Positions 7,150-15,318 of a stretch of DNA of 24,000 nucleotides are shown piece by piece. Where the stretch lies: the NCBI RefSeq assembly GCF_000442645.1, contig NC_021915.1, positions 855,799 through 879,798 on the forward strand, given 5' to 3'. The stretch comes from Corynebacterium maris DSM 45190 (GTDB taxonomy: Bacteria > Actinomycetota > Actinomycetes > Mycobacteriales > Mycobacteriaceae). Made by a program: the position numbers and the translations under genes. The notes below the pieces were generated by a model that was not told the DNA's origin, did no database searches, and saw only the letters and a list, made by a program, of their open reading frames with translations. Each line of letters opens with the position of its first letter. Position 1 is the stretch's first letter.

Positions 7150-8141
7150 CTTTTCGACGGCTGGCCTCAGCGGTCGTCGTCGTGCTTGCCCTGGGCGCGT
7201 GGTCTTTGATGGCTGCGTGGCTGCTGACCGGTGACGTCGAGGACCTCGGTTGTCCTCCGTTCCTGCTCGTCGGCGGCGGCGCGCTCGTCACGCTGGTGGT
7301 CGGGCTGTCCGTGGCGTTCTCGGCCGCCCCAGGCCGGGCCTCGGCACGGCGATTGCGAGAGTCGATGGAACGGGTCGCCGACACAGGTGACCTAAGGCCG
7401 ATACCAGAGACTCCCGATGAGGGGTTGACCCGCTCCTTCAACCACATGCTGGCCTCGCTGCAGGAGTCCCGAGTGCGACAGGAACGGCGGATCACGGAGC
7501 TCGGCCACGACCTGCGCAACCCGTTGACCGCGCTGCGCGTCAACGTCGAGTTGCTGCTGTCGCTGCACAGGGACGATCGACCGCGTGCACTTCCCCCCGA
7601 GGAACACCGGGAGCTGGAGCGTGACGTGCTCACCCAGCTCGACGAATTCGCCGGGCTCATCGACGAGCTGGTGGACCTGTCGGGAGGGGCGGCCGGACCC
7701 GTGCGCTTCGACGCCGTAGTAGAGACCGCGTGCGAGCGGGCGCGCTGCCGACGCGGGGACGTGGAGGTCCAGGTGACGACGACACCGTGGCTGGTGCGCG
7801 GTGACGGCGGCGCCCTGGGCAGGGGCGTGACCAACCTGGTGGACAACGCCGTCAAATGGTCGCCCTCCGGCGGCGTCGTCAGGGTGCGGCTAACGAGGGA
7901 CGGCGACCGGCGGGCGACGCTCACCGTCGCGGACTCCGGCCCGGGGGTGGATCCGGGAGAGCGCGACCGCATCTTCGACCGTTTCTACCGCCCCCCGGAC
8001 GTACGCAACACCCCAGGCTCAGGATTGGGGCTGGCCATCGTCAAAGAAGCGGTCGAAGACATCGGCGGGGACATCGACGTCGGTGAATCCGGGGACGGCG
8101 GAGCGTTGTTCACCGCCCGGGTCCCCGGCTCGCCCGGGTAG
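7146..8141 (+). CDS. mprB: Sensor histidine kinase, MprB-like, with two TM helices separated by a loop of only about 10 aa
   Basis: GTG 7146 overlaps the mprA stop (gtga). The product has TM1 [22 protein letters not shown], loop [11 protein letters not shown] and TM2 [25 protein letters not shown]-like segment, the H-box [13 protein letters not shown] and the ATPase motifs [14 protein letters not shown] and GSGLGLAIV follow. The ORF-track start at 7005 lies inside mprA. Confidence 0.85.
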   Translation: MTFRRLASAVVVVLALGAWSLMAAWLLTGDVEDLGCPPFLLVGGGALVTLVVGLSVAFSAAPGRASARRLRESMERVADTGDLRPIPETPDEGLTRSFNHMLASLQESRVRQERRITELGHDLRNPLTALRVNVELLLSLHRDDRPRALPPEEHRELERDVLTQLDEFAGLIDELVDLSGGAAGPVRFDAVVETACERARCRRGDVEVQVTTTPWLVRGDGGALGRGVTNLVDNAVKWSPSGGVVRVRLTRDGDRRATLTVADSGPGVDPGERDRIFDRFYRPPDVRNTPGSGLGLAIVKEAVEDIGGDIDVGESGDGGALFTARVPGSPG

Positions 8142-8250
8142 TGTCGCCGGTCATGGCTACACTGGAAGGTCAGAAAACGTCCAGACACTGGACGGCTGAC
8201 ATTGACGAGGGCTAAAGCGCGATCACATCAGTGAGGGGCAAGATAAGGAT

Positions 8251-9468
8251 ATGACGAACACCACCGGGGACAACTCCTACCACCCGGGGCAGCGGCCCCA
8301 GTCGCCCTACCAGCCCTTCAACGCCACTGGCCAGGACCCGACCTACCCGAGTCCCGAGGCCCCGGCCCCGGAGGACAGCGACGGGAAGCGGGGCCGCGGC
8401 ATAGGCGGCGTCATCGCCCTCATTGCGATTCTCAGCCTGCTCGTCGGCGGGGTGGCCGGTGGCGTGGCCGGATACGCGGTCTCGTCGACGGGCGATGAGC
8501 CGGCACCGAGCACCGGCCCGGACAACGCGTTGACCGCCCCGCCGGCCGACGCGCCCGACACCCCGGCGGGGAGCGTGGAAGAGGTCGCCGACGCCGTCCT
8601 TCCCACCGTCGTCTCCATCCAGGTGGTCACCCCGATGGCGGCGGGGGAAGGATCGGGCTCCATCTTCACCTCCGACGGCTATGTGCTGACCAACCACCAC
8701 GTCGTCGCCGGCGCCGAGGACGGCGCGATGCAGGTCACCCTGAACGACGGCACCGACATGACCGCGGACTTCGTGGCCTCCGACGCGGCGACGGACATCG
8801 CCGTGATCAAGATCCGGGACGCCGAAAACTTACCGACCATCCAGTTCGGAGACTCCGAGCAGCTCGCCGTCGGCCAGCAGGTCGTCGCGGTCGGCGCCCC
8901 GCTGGGACTGTCCGGCACCGTCACCAGCGGCATCGTCTCCGCGATGGATCGCCCGGTCCGTGCCTCCCAGGGGGGCGGCGAGTCGTCGCTGATCGACGCC
9001 ATCCAGACCGACGCGGCCATCAACCCCGGCAACTCGGGCGGGCCGTTGGTGGACATGAACGGCAACCTGGTGGGCATGAACTCCGTCATCGCGACATTGT
9101 CCACGGGCAATACCGCCGGCTCCATCGGGCTCGGATTCGCGATCCCGTCGAACTTCGCCCAACGCGTCGCAGAACAGCTGCTCGCAGAAGGAGAAGCCAG
9201 CCAACCCATGCTGGGCGTGACCGTCGACGGCGCCAACCCCGTGGACGGGGCACTCATCGTCGGCGTGCAGCCGGACGGGCCGGGGGCGGACGCAGGGTTA
9301 GAAGAGGGGGAGGTGATCACCCGCCTCAACAACCGGAACATCGACACCTCGGACGCCCTCATCGCTGCAGTTCGTTCCCATGATTTCGGGGAAACCGTCA
9401 CCTTGGAGGTGGTGGACCCGGAAACGGACGAGCGCAAAGAGGTTCAGGTTACGCTGAGCGTCGAGTAG
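8251..9468 (+). CDS. pepD: HtrA/DegP-family membrane-anchored serine protease with a C-terminal PDZ domain, PepD-like
   Basis: The aaggat Shine-Dalgarno sequence precedes ATG 8251. A Pro-rich N-terminus is followed by the TM segment GGVIALIAILSLLVGGVAGGVAG. The catalytic motifs are TNHHVV, DIAVIK and GNSGGPL, and a PDZ-like C-terminus follows. Confidence 0.9.
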   Translation: MTNTTGDNSYHPGQRPQSPYQPFNATGQDPTYPSPEAPAPEDSDGKRGRGIGGVIALIAILSLLVGGVAGGVAGYAVSSTGDEPAPSTGPDNALTAPPADAPDTPAGSVEEVADAVLPTVVSIQVVTPMAAGEGSGSIFTSDGYVLTNHHVVAGAEDGAMQVTLNDGTDMTADFVASDAATDIAVIKIRDAENLPTIQFGDSEQLAVGQQVVAVGAPLGLSGTVTSGIVSAMDRPVRASQGGGESSLIDAIQTDAAINPGNSGGPLVDMNGNLVGMNSVIATLSTGNTAGSIGLGFAIPSNFAQRVAEQLLAEGEASQPMLGVTVDGANPVDGALIVGVQPDGPGADAGLEEGEVITRLNNRNIDTSDALIAAVRSHDFGETVTLEVVDPETDERKEVQVTLSVE

Positions 9469-9521
9469 CGTTAGCGACTAGATTCATTCCCATAACAGGG
9501 AACTTAAGTTTGAGGAGAAAC

Positions 9522-10103
9522 ATGGACACGATCCCCGTCGCTCGCGAAGCATCCGACGAGCTGAACGACATCGTCGAGCCCAATGACGAGTTTCTGCGGG
9601 CCACTGAGGAAGCGGAGGACATGCCGGCCCGTCGGCGGGCGTTGGTCGTGTTGGTCAGCGACCACCACAACGGCGCTGAGGACGACACCGACCGCCTGAT
9701 GACGGAGCTGCTCATCGAATGCGGTTTCCAGGTCGACGCGGTCGTCCGCGTCAAGTCGAAGAAGAGCGAGATCCGCCAGGCCATCGAGACCGCCGTGGTG
9801 GGCGGCGTCGACCTGGTGCTGACGGTGGGGGGCACTGGCGTCGGTCCGCGCGACCGCACCCCGGACGCCACCCTGACCGTCCTGGACCAGGAGGTTCCGG
9901 GCATCGCGCAGGCGCTGCGGGATTCCGGGCAGGCGTGCGGCGCCGTGGACGCGGTGGTCTCCCGCGGCGTGTCCGGCGTCTCCGGTTCGACGGTCATCGT
10001 CAACCTCGCCTCGTCGCGGGCCGCGATCCGGGACGGCATGGCGGCGCTTCCCCCGCTGGTGCACCACGTGGTCGATGAGCTGCAGACCTACAGCGTGCAC
10101 TGA
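9522..10103 (+). CDS. moaB2: MoaB/MogA-family molybdopterin-binding-fold protein, MoaB2-like, with a roughly 45-aa acidic N-terminal extension
   Basis: The gaggag Shine-Dalgarno sequence lies 4 nt before ATG 9522; the track start TTG 9510 is less likely. The core reads RRALVVLVSD...DLVLTVGGTGVGPRDRTPDAT, carrying the GGTG..RD motif of the MogA/MoaB fold. Its position after pepD matches Rv0984. Confidence 0.8.
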   Translation: MDTIPVAREASDELNDIVEPNDEFLRATEEAEDMPARRRALVVLVSDHHNGAEDDTDRLMTELLIECGFQVDAVVRVKSKKSEIRQAIETAVVGGVDLVLTVGGTGVGPRDRTPDATLTVLDQEVPGIAQALRDSGQACGAVDAVVSRGVSGVSGSTVIVNLASSRAAIRDGMAALPPLVHHVVDELQTYSVH

Positions 10104-10105
10104 TC

Positions 10106-10333
10106 ATGTCTGACCCACAGCACAGCCCGCGCCGCAAAGACCGCCGCCGGGTCCGCCGTCCCAGCGCGGCGGAGCACATCGACCGCAGCGCGGATACCCC
10201 GCGGCACGGTTTCGCCGACGACCTGGTCTCCGATGACGCCGAACGTCCCGTGCCCGTCGAGGACAGTCAGACAGACGACCCGGCGGGCGAGGAATTCTTG
10301 CGGGAGCAGCGCCCTCCTCACTACGGGGAGTGA
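10106..10333 (+). CDS. Small 75-aa highly charged, probably disordered protein of unknown function, coupled to moaB2
   Basis: ATG 10106 lies 2 nt after the moaB2 stop. Third positions are G/C-rich throughout. There is no TM segment and no Cys. The product ends ...EEFLREQRPPHYGE. I recognise no family. Confidence 0.5.
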   Translation: MSDPQHSPRRKDRRRVRRPSAAEHIDRSADTPRHGFADDLVSDDAERPVPVEDSQTDDPAGEEFLREQRPPHYGE

Positions 10334-10347
10334 CGCAAGCGCACGGA

Positions 10348-10758
10348 CTACTCCTTGGCGGAAGAATCCTTGTCCGCCAGCAGATCACGGATTTCTGACA
10401 GCAACTGCACCTCGGTGGTCTCCGGCTCTTCCGGGTCGACGTCCTGCTTCCGCTTCTGGATCTCCTGGAGTTTGTTCATCGGCAGCACCAGCGCGAAGTA
10501 GATGACCGCCGCGACGATCAAGAAGTTGACGATCGCGGTGATCACGGCGCCGAAGTCGAGGAAGGTGGAGTCATCGCCCGGGCGGATGTGAAATCCCAGC
10601 CCGGAGACGTCCGGATTGCCCAAGGAGGCGATGAGTGGGTCGAGCAGATTCTGGGTGAACGAAGTGACGATGGCGGTGAAAGCGGCGCCGATGACGACCG
10701 CCACGGCCAAGTCGATGACGTTGCCGCGCATGATGAAATCTCTGAAACCCTTGAGCAT
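10348..10758 (-). CDS. mscL: Large-conductance mechanosensitive channel
   Basis: The product MLKGFRDFIMRGNVIDLAVAVVIGAAFTAIVTSFTQNLLDPLI... is the canonical MscL N-terminus and TM1. A gaaagga Shine-Dalgarno sequence lies upstream. Confidence 0.95.
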   Translation of the reverse strand: MLKGFRDFIMRGNVIDLAVAVVIGAAFTAIVTSFTQNLLDPLIASLGNPDVSGLGFHIRPGDDSTFLDFGAVITAIVNFLIVAAVIYFALVLPMNKLQEIQKRKQDVDPEEPETTEVQLLSEIRDLLADKDSSAKE

Positions 10759-10818
10759 GTGCCGGGGTCCTTTCTGAGGAGTGTGGCCGAATAGTCAGAA
10801 GGCACCTTACACAGTGTC

Positions 10819-11472
10819 TCACCGGCCGTGTGCACGGTCTCCCGTGAGCACGACCGCCAGCGGGGACGTCAGCGAAGCCGCCGCGACCCGCTGCGCCGCT
10901 TCGTTCTCCAAGGCCACCAGCAAAGACTCTGAACCGGCTTCGGCGCCTGCCAGGATCACCCGGGCCCCGTCGGCCACCATCACCGGGTCCGTCCCCTCTG
11001 CGGCGACCGTGACGATGGACACGGTGTCCCCGTGCCGCAACAACGTCGCGACGTCCGGGTCCGCCAACGTCACCGGGACCATGGTGGCGGAGGAGGGGCC
11101 TTCGTCCCTCGAGCCCACCAGCGTGTTGATCAGCTCCGGTCCGATCAGCCGCGCCGCGGTGACCGGTTCGCCGGCGTCGGCCGCCGCGGTGACCACTAGG
11201 CCGACGGCCTCTTGCGGGTCTGTGAGGGCGGAGTCGGGGATGAGGTCGGCGGGCACGGCGCGGAGCACGACGTCGTCTTCCCCCAGCGACGCACCGGCGG
11301 CGACGGCGCCGGCGAAAACGACGATGCGGGGATGCTCGGCCGTCGCCGAACGGACCACGGACGTCACCGCCGCCAGCACGAGGGCGGCGGCCAGCAGCCG
11401 GCGGAGCAGGAGGGAACGGCGGTGTCCGGGTGGACGCAACAGGGCGTGCAGCGAAGATGCGGAAGCGGTCAC
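10819..11472 (-). CDS. SAF-domain / CpaB(RcpC)-like protein with an N-terminal membrane anchor
   Basis: The N-terminus RRLLAAALVLAAVTSVV is followed by the pattern ...GASLGEDDVVLRAVPADLIP...GEPVTAARL.... This resembles SAF/CpaB N-domains. Its position between mscL and the 5-FTHF cyclo-ligase matches Rv0990c (recalled). Confidence 0.55.
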   Translation of the reverse strand: MTASASSLHALLRPPGHRRSLLLRRLLAAALVLAAVTSVVRSATAEHPRIVVFAGAVAAGASLGEDDVVLRAVPADLIPDSALTDPQEAVGLVVTAAADAGEPVTAARLIGPELINTLVGSRDEGPSSATMVPVTLADPDVATLLRHGDTVSIVTVAAEGTDPVMVADGARVILAGAEAGSESLLVALENEAAQRVAAASLTSPLAVVLTGDRAHGR

Positions 11473-11508
11473 ACTCCCTTGGACTGTCCGCGGGGCGCCC
11501 GGGGTTCC

Positions 11509-12111
11509 CTACACGCGGTGGAGCGCTTCGGCCGTGACGATGACGTTGACGGGCATGTCATGGGCTTCGACGGGGACGTCGTGGGTGACCTCGTGATCGA
11601 AAAGAACGACGGCCAGCAACGGCTGCGGGGCTTCAGCCTCCGCCAGGCGGGCCAGCGTGCGGTCGTAGTAGCCGGCGCCTTTGCCCAACCGGAAACCCCG
11701 GCGGTTGGCGCCCAGGGCGGGCAGAAAGACGATGTCGCAGTCCAGCAGGGCCCGCCAGTCCCGGCGTTCGCCGACGGGTTCGGGGATGTTTAAATCTCCC
11801 TTGGCCATGGCTTCCTCCCCCTCGTAGGGGGCCCACAGCATGGCGCCTTCGGCCTCGGAAATCGGCAACAGGACAGCACCCGTGGCCGCGCGGAGGGCGG
11901 GAAGGAAACCCGGGCCGCCGGGCTCGTCGGGAAGCGGGTGGTACGCGGCGACGGTGCCGGCGGAACGTTCGTGGATCAGCTCCACGCACCGAGCGATCAG
12001 AGCCGTGTGCTGCCGCTCCCGAGTGGTTTTATCGAGCTCTTGCCGCGCCTGCTTGAGGGTGCTGCGCAAGACGCGTTTTGTGCCGCCGGGGTCGCTGATG
12101 TCCATGCTCAT
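11509..12111 (-). CDS. 5-formyltetrahydrofolate cyclo-ligase (MTHFS)
   Basis: A roughly 200-aa protein containing ...KRVLRSTLKQARQ...AAYHPLPDEP...DIVFLPALGANRRGFRLGKGAGYYDRTL.... The G.G.GYYDR motif is characteristic of this family. It lies divergent from galU, as does Rv0992c. Confidence 0.8.
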   Translation of the reverse strand: MSMDISDPGGTKRVLRSTLKQARQELDKTTRERQHTALIARCVELIHERSAGTVAAYHPLPDEPGGPGFLPALRAATGAVLLPISEAEGAMLWAPYEGEEAMAKGDLNIPEPVGERRDWRALLDCDIVFLPALGANRRGFRLGKGAGYYDRTLARLAEAEAPQPLLAVVLFDHEVTHDVPVEAHDMPVNVIVTAEALHRV

Positions 12112-12205
12112 GGCCCTCAGCCTAGCTTCGCGGGGAGAAAAACACGTGTGAATGCGGCCGGGTCTTTGTCAATCACGGCGCCACAGAGAAGGTAAGGTCT
12201 CGGGC

Positions 12206-13162
12206 ATGGTTGAGACGAATGACTTTCACCCCAACGGTGTGCGGACGGTCGTTGTGCCGGCCGCGGGTATGGGGACCCGGTTCCTGCCGGCGACGAAGAC
12301 GGTGCCGAAGGAACTGCTGCCGGTGGTGGACACTCCGGGCATCGAATTGATCGCGGAGGAGGCGTCGGCGTTGGGGGCGTCGCGTCTGGCGGTGATCACC
12401 GCTCCGTCCAAGGATGAGGTCTTGGCGCACTTCGGTGAGTTCCCGGGCCTGGTGGAAACGCTGGAGGCTCGCGGCAAGGATGAGCAGGTGGCCAAGGTCA
12501 AGCGTGCCTCTGCATTGATTCAGCCGGTCGCGGTGGAGCAGGAGCGGCCGCTGGGGCTGGGGCATGCGGTCGGGCTGGCCGAGGACGCGCTCGATGAAGA
12601 TGAGGACGCGTTCGCCGTGATGCTGCCGGATGATCTGGTCTTGCCTGAGAATGGGCGGCCGGGTGTGCTGGAGTTGATGTGCCGGGTGCGTGAGCAATTC
12701 GGCGGCAGTGTGTTGTGTGCGTTCGAGGTCGAACGCGATGAGGTGTTCAACTACGGGGTCTTCGACGTCGAGGAGATTGACGGGGCGTCCGGGTTGCCGG
12801 GTGAGTTGGTCAAGTCGGTGGCCGGGATGGTGGAGAAGCCGGATCCGGCGGCGGCGCCGTCGACGTTGGTGGCCGCGGGACGGTATTTGTTGGATCGGGC
12901 GGTGTTTGATGCGTTGCGCCGGATCACCCCGGGCAAGGGCGGTGAGCTGCAGCTGACGGATGCGATTGAGCTGATGATTCAGGAGGGGCATCCGGTGCAC
13001 GTGGTGGTGCACACGGGCAAGCGCCATGACCTGGGGAATCCGGCGGGATACATCCCGGCGAACGTGGACTTTGGTCTGCATCATCCGAAGTACGGCCCGG
13101 CGTTGTATCGCGCGATCAAGCAGGTCATCGCCGACTTCGAGGCGGAGCAGGCACAAAGCTAA
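12206..13162 (+). CDS. galU: UTP--glucose-1-phosphate uridylyltransferase
   Basis: From ATG 12206 the product reads MVETN...VVPAAGMGTRFLPATKTVPKELLPVVD...LGLGHAV...MLPDDL.... This is the GalU signature. The track start at 12152 has no Shine-Dalgarno sequence, whereas gaaggtaagg precedes 12206. Confidence 0.9.
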   Translation: MVETNDFHPNGVRTVVVPAAGMGTRFLPATKTVPKELLPVVDTPGIELIAEEASALGASRLAVITAPSKDEVLAHFGEFPGLVETLEARGKDEQVAKVKRASALIQPVAVEQERPLGLGHAVGLAEDALDEDEDAFAVMLPDDLVLPENGRPGVLELMCRVREQFGGSVLCAFEVERDEVFNYGVFDVEEIDGASGLPGELVKSVAGMVEKPDPAAAPSTLVAAGRYLLDRAVFDALRRITPGKGGELQLTDAIELMIQEGHPVHVVVHTGKRHDLGNPAGYIPANVDFGLHHPKYGPALYRAIKQVIADFEAEQAQS

Positions 13163-13243
13163 GTGTCATAACGCTGCCGGACACGGCCGCGGCGGTAGGC
13201 TGACGGAGATGACATCCGGGCCGGCACAACAGGAGGTAACCAC

Positions 13244-14509
13244 GTGCGCTCCGTGGAAGAACAGTTGGCGATCGTCACCGACGCCGCGGTCACCCCTGAG
13301 CCCGTCCGTACGTCGATCACCGACGCGCTCGGACTGATGAGTGCCGAGGAAGTCCAGGCGAGCACCCCGCTGCCGGCCTTTCCACAGGCCGCCATCGACG
13401 GCTACGCGGTACGCGCCGTCGACGTCGGCGGCGAACGCGCCCTGAGCGCCGTCACCGGCCCCGACCGGCCCGCCGCGGCGCACTCCCTGCCCGTCGTGGG
13501 GGAGGTGCCCGCCGGGTCCCGTCAACGCATTCGCCTGCAGCCGCAACAGGCGGTGCGCGTCCACACCGGCGCCCCGCTGCCCACGCTGGCCGACGCCGTG
13601 CTGCCTCTCGAATGGTCCGACCGCGGACGCAAGCGCGTGACCCCGCTGCAGCCGGTGCGCTCCGGGGACTTCATGCGCCGCCGCGGCGACGACATCCAGC
13701 CCGGCGACGTCGCCGTCACCGCCGGCACCGTCCTGGGGCCGGCGCAGATTGGGCTGCTCGCCGCCGTGGGGCGCACCAAAGTGCTCGTGTACCCGACGCC
13801 ACGGGTCAGCGTCTTCAGCTTTGGCGCCGAACTGATCGACATCGACCGAGAGCCCGGCCCCGGGCAGGTCTACGACGTCGCCTCTTACGCCTTGGCAGCA
13901 GCGGCCAAGGAGGCCGGCGCCCAGGTCAGCCGGGTCGGTCTCCTCGATGGCGAACCCCGCCGCCTCCGACAGACCATCGAAGCTCAGCTGCAACGCAGCG
14001 AAATGCTCGTCATTTCCGGCGCGGTCGGCGGTTCCGGCTCGGACCTGATCCGGTCGGTGCTCACCGAGATCGGTGAGATCGACACCACCCGGGTGGCCAT
14101 GCACCCCGGTTCCGTGCAGGGATTCGGGCTGCTGGGCGAGGAGCGCATCCCGGTGTTTCTGCTGCCGAGCAACCCGGTCTCCGCCCTGGCGGCCTTTGAA
14201 GTGTTCGTCCGTCCCGTGCTGCGATTGTCGTTGGGCAAGCGTTCCGCCAACCGCCGGGTGGTCCGCGCCCGAGCCCTCAACCACGTCACCTCGACCCCCG
14301 GCCGCCGTGGTTACGTCCGTGCCCAGCTCATGCGCGACGCCCATTCCCAGGATTACCTGGTCGAAGGCCTCGGTGGCGCGACGGGCGCACCGGCGCATCT
14401 GCTGGCCGGTCTGGCGGAGGCCAACGCCATGATCCGCATCCCCGAAGAGGTCACGGAAATCCGTCCCGGTGACGTGGTCGACGTGCTCTTCTTGGCGCAG
14501 CGATCTTGA
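13244..14509 (+). CDS. glp: MoeA-fold (gephyrin E-domain-like) protein, the probable orthologue of the corynebacterial divisome protein Glp
   Basis: The aggagg Shine-Dalgarno sequence precedes GTG 13244. MoeA hallmarks include ...PLPAFPQAAIDGYAVRAVDV..., ...PGQVYDVASYALAAAAKEAGA... and ...LPSNPVSALAAFEVFVRPVL.... The MoeA fold is high confidence. The Glp assignment rests on the galU-moeA-rimJ-membrane protein context and has moderate confidence. Confidence 0.8.
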   Translation: MRSVEEQLAIVTDAAVTPEPVRTSITDALGLMSAEEVQASTPLPAFPQAAIDGYAVRAVDVGGERALSAVTGPDRPAAAHSLPVVGEVPAGSRQRIRLQPQQAVRVHTGAPLPTLADAVLPLEWSDRGRKRVTPLQPVRSGDFMRRRGDDIQPGDVAVTAGTVLGPAQIGLLAAVGRTKVLVYPTPRVSVFSFGAELIDIDREPGPGQVYDVASYALAAAAKEAGAQVSRVGLLDGEPRRLRQTIEAQLQRSEMLVISGAVGGSGSDLIRSVLTEIGEIDTTRVAMHPGSVQGFGLLGEERIPVFLLPSNPVSALAAFEVFVRPVLRLSLGKRSANRRVVRARALNHVTSTPGRRGYVRAQLMRDAHSQDYLVEGLGGATGAPAHLLAGLAEANAMIRIPEEVTEIRPGDVVDVLFLAQRS

Positions 14510-15219
14510 CGGGGGGTCTGACTGTGCTCATGGATCCCTTCGGACTCGCGGCCGCCCGCTTCGACAAGCCCGCCACCGGCCCCCGCGACCCGGTGCACCC
14601 GGGGTGGCCGGAATCCACCCCGACCGTGCGGTTGACCACCGGTGAAAAAATGCGGTTACGCCCGCTGACCAACCGCGACGGCGCAGACTGGGCCGAGATC
14701 CGCCTCCTGGACGAACAGTGGCTGCGCCCCGTGGAACCCACCACCGCCGACACCTGGCAGGAAGCACATTCCTCCACTTCCTGGCGCAACACCTTCTCCT
14801 ACCTGCGAGGATTGGCGTCGCGTGGCGTCGCGATCCCGCTGGTCATCGAGATCGACGGCGCATTCGCCGGGCAGACGACCATCGGCAACATCCAGCACGG
14901 AGCCGTCTCGGAGGCGTGGATCGGCTACTGGGTGCATTCGGCCCACATGGGGAAGGGGGTGGCCACCGCGGCGTGCGCGCTGGGCACCGACCACGCTTTC
15001 TCCCGCATCGGGCTGCACCGGGTGACCGCCACCTACCTGCCGTCGAACCCTGCGTCGGGGAAAGTGCTGGTGACGGCCGGATTCAGGGAAGAAGGCCTCC
15101 TGCGCCGGAACCTGCACATCGACGGCGAATGGCGGGACCATCACTTCGTCGCGCAGAACGCGGAGGACCACCCGGACACGTGCGTTGCGCGTCTGCGCCG
15201 GGCCGGTCGGCTACTCTAG
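14506..15219 (+). CDS. rimJ: GNAT-family N-acetyltransferase, RimJ-like (ribosomal-protein-alanine acetyltransferase family)
   Basis: The product contains ...LRPLTNRDGADWAEIR...IEIDGAFAGQTTIGNI...GYWVHSAHMGKGVATAA...GLHRVTATYLPSNPASGKVLVTAGFREEGLLRRNLHIDGEWRDHH, typical of RimJ/RimL-type GNATs. TTG 14506 overlaps the moeA-like stop. The alternative starts GTG 14524 and ATG 14530 cannot be excluded. Confidence 0.75.
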   Translation: MTGGLTVLMDPFGLAAARFDKPATGPRDPVHPGWPESTPTVRLTTGEKMRLRPLTNRDGADWAEIRLLDEQWLRPVEPTTADTWQEAHSSTSWRNTFSYLRGLASRGVAIPLVIEIDGAFAGQTTIGNIQHGAVSEAWIGYWVHSAHMGKGVATAACALGTDHAFSRIGLHRVTATYLPSNPASGKVLVTAGFREEGLLRRNLHIDGEWRDHHFVAQNAEDHPDTCVARLRRAGRLL

Positions 15220-15318
15220 GTCACAATGCACGGCGTGGCAGGCCAGGCGTGCCTGGCCAGCGAATTACGCTTGTTGTGACCGACTGGTTCTCGAACGACG
15301 AAAGGTAGGCGACGGGGT

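Noticed and set aside
12173-14398. Long minus-strand ORFs (12173-13156 of 327 aa and 13166-14398 of 410 aa) antisense to galU and the moeA-like gene
   Set aside because: These are shadow ORFs of GC-rich coding DNA. Their translations are rich in R, H, Q and G and carry no family signatures. The plus-strand products have clear GalU and MoeA motifs and proper Shine-Dalgarno sequences.
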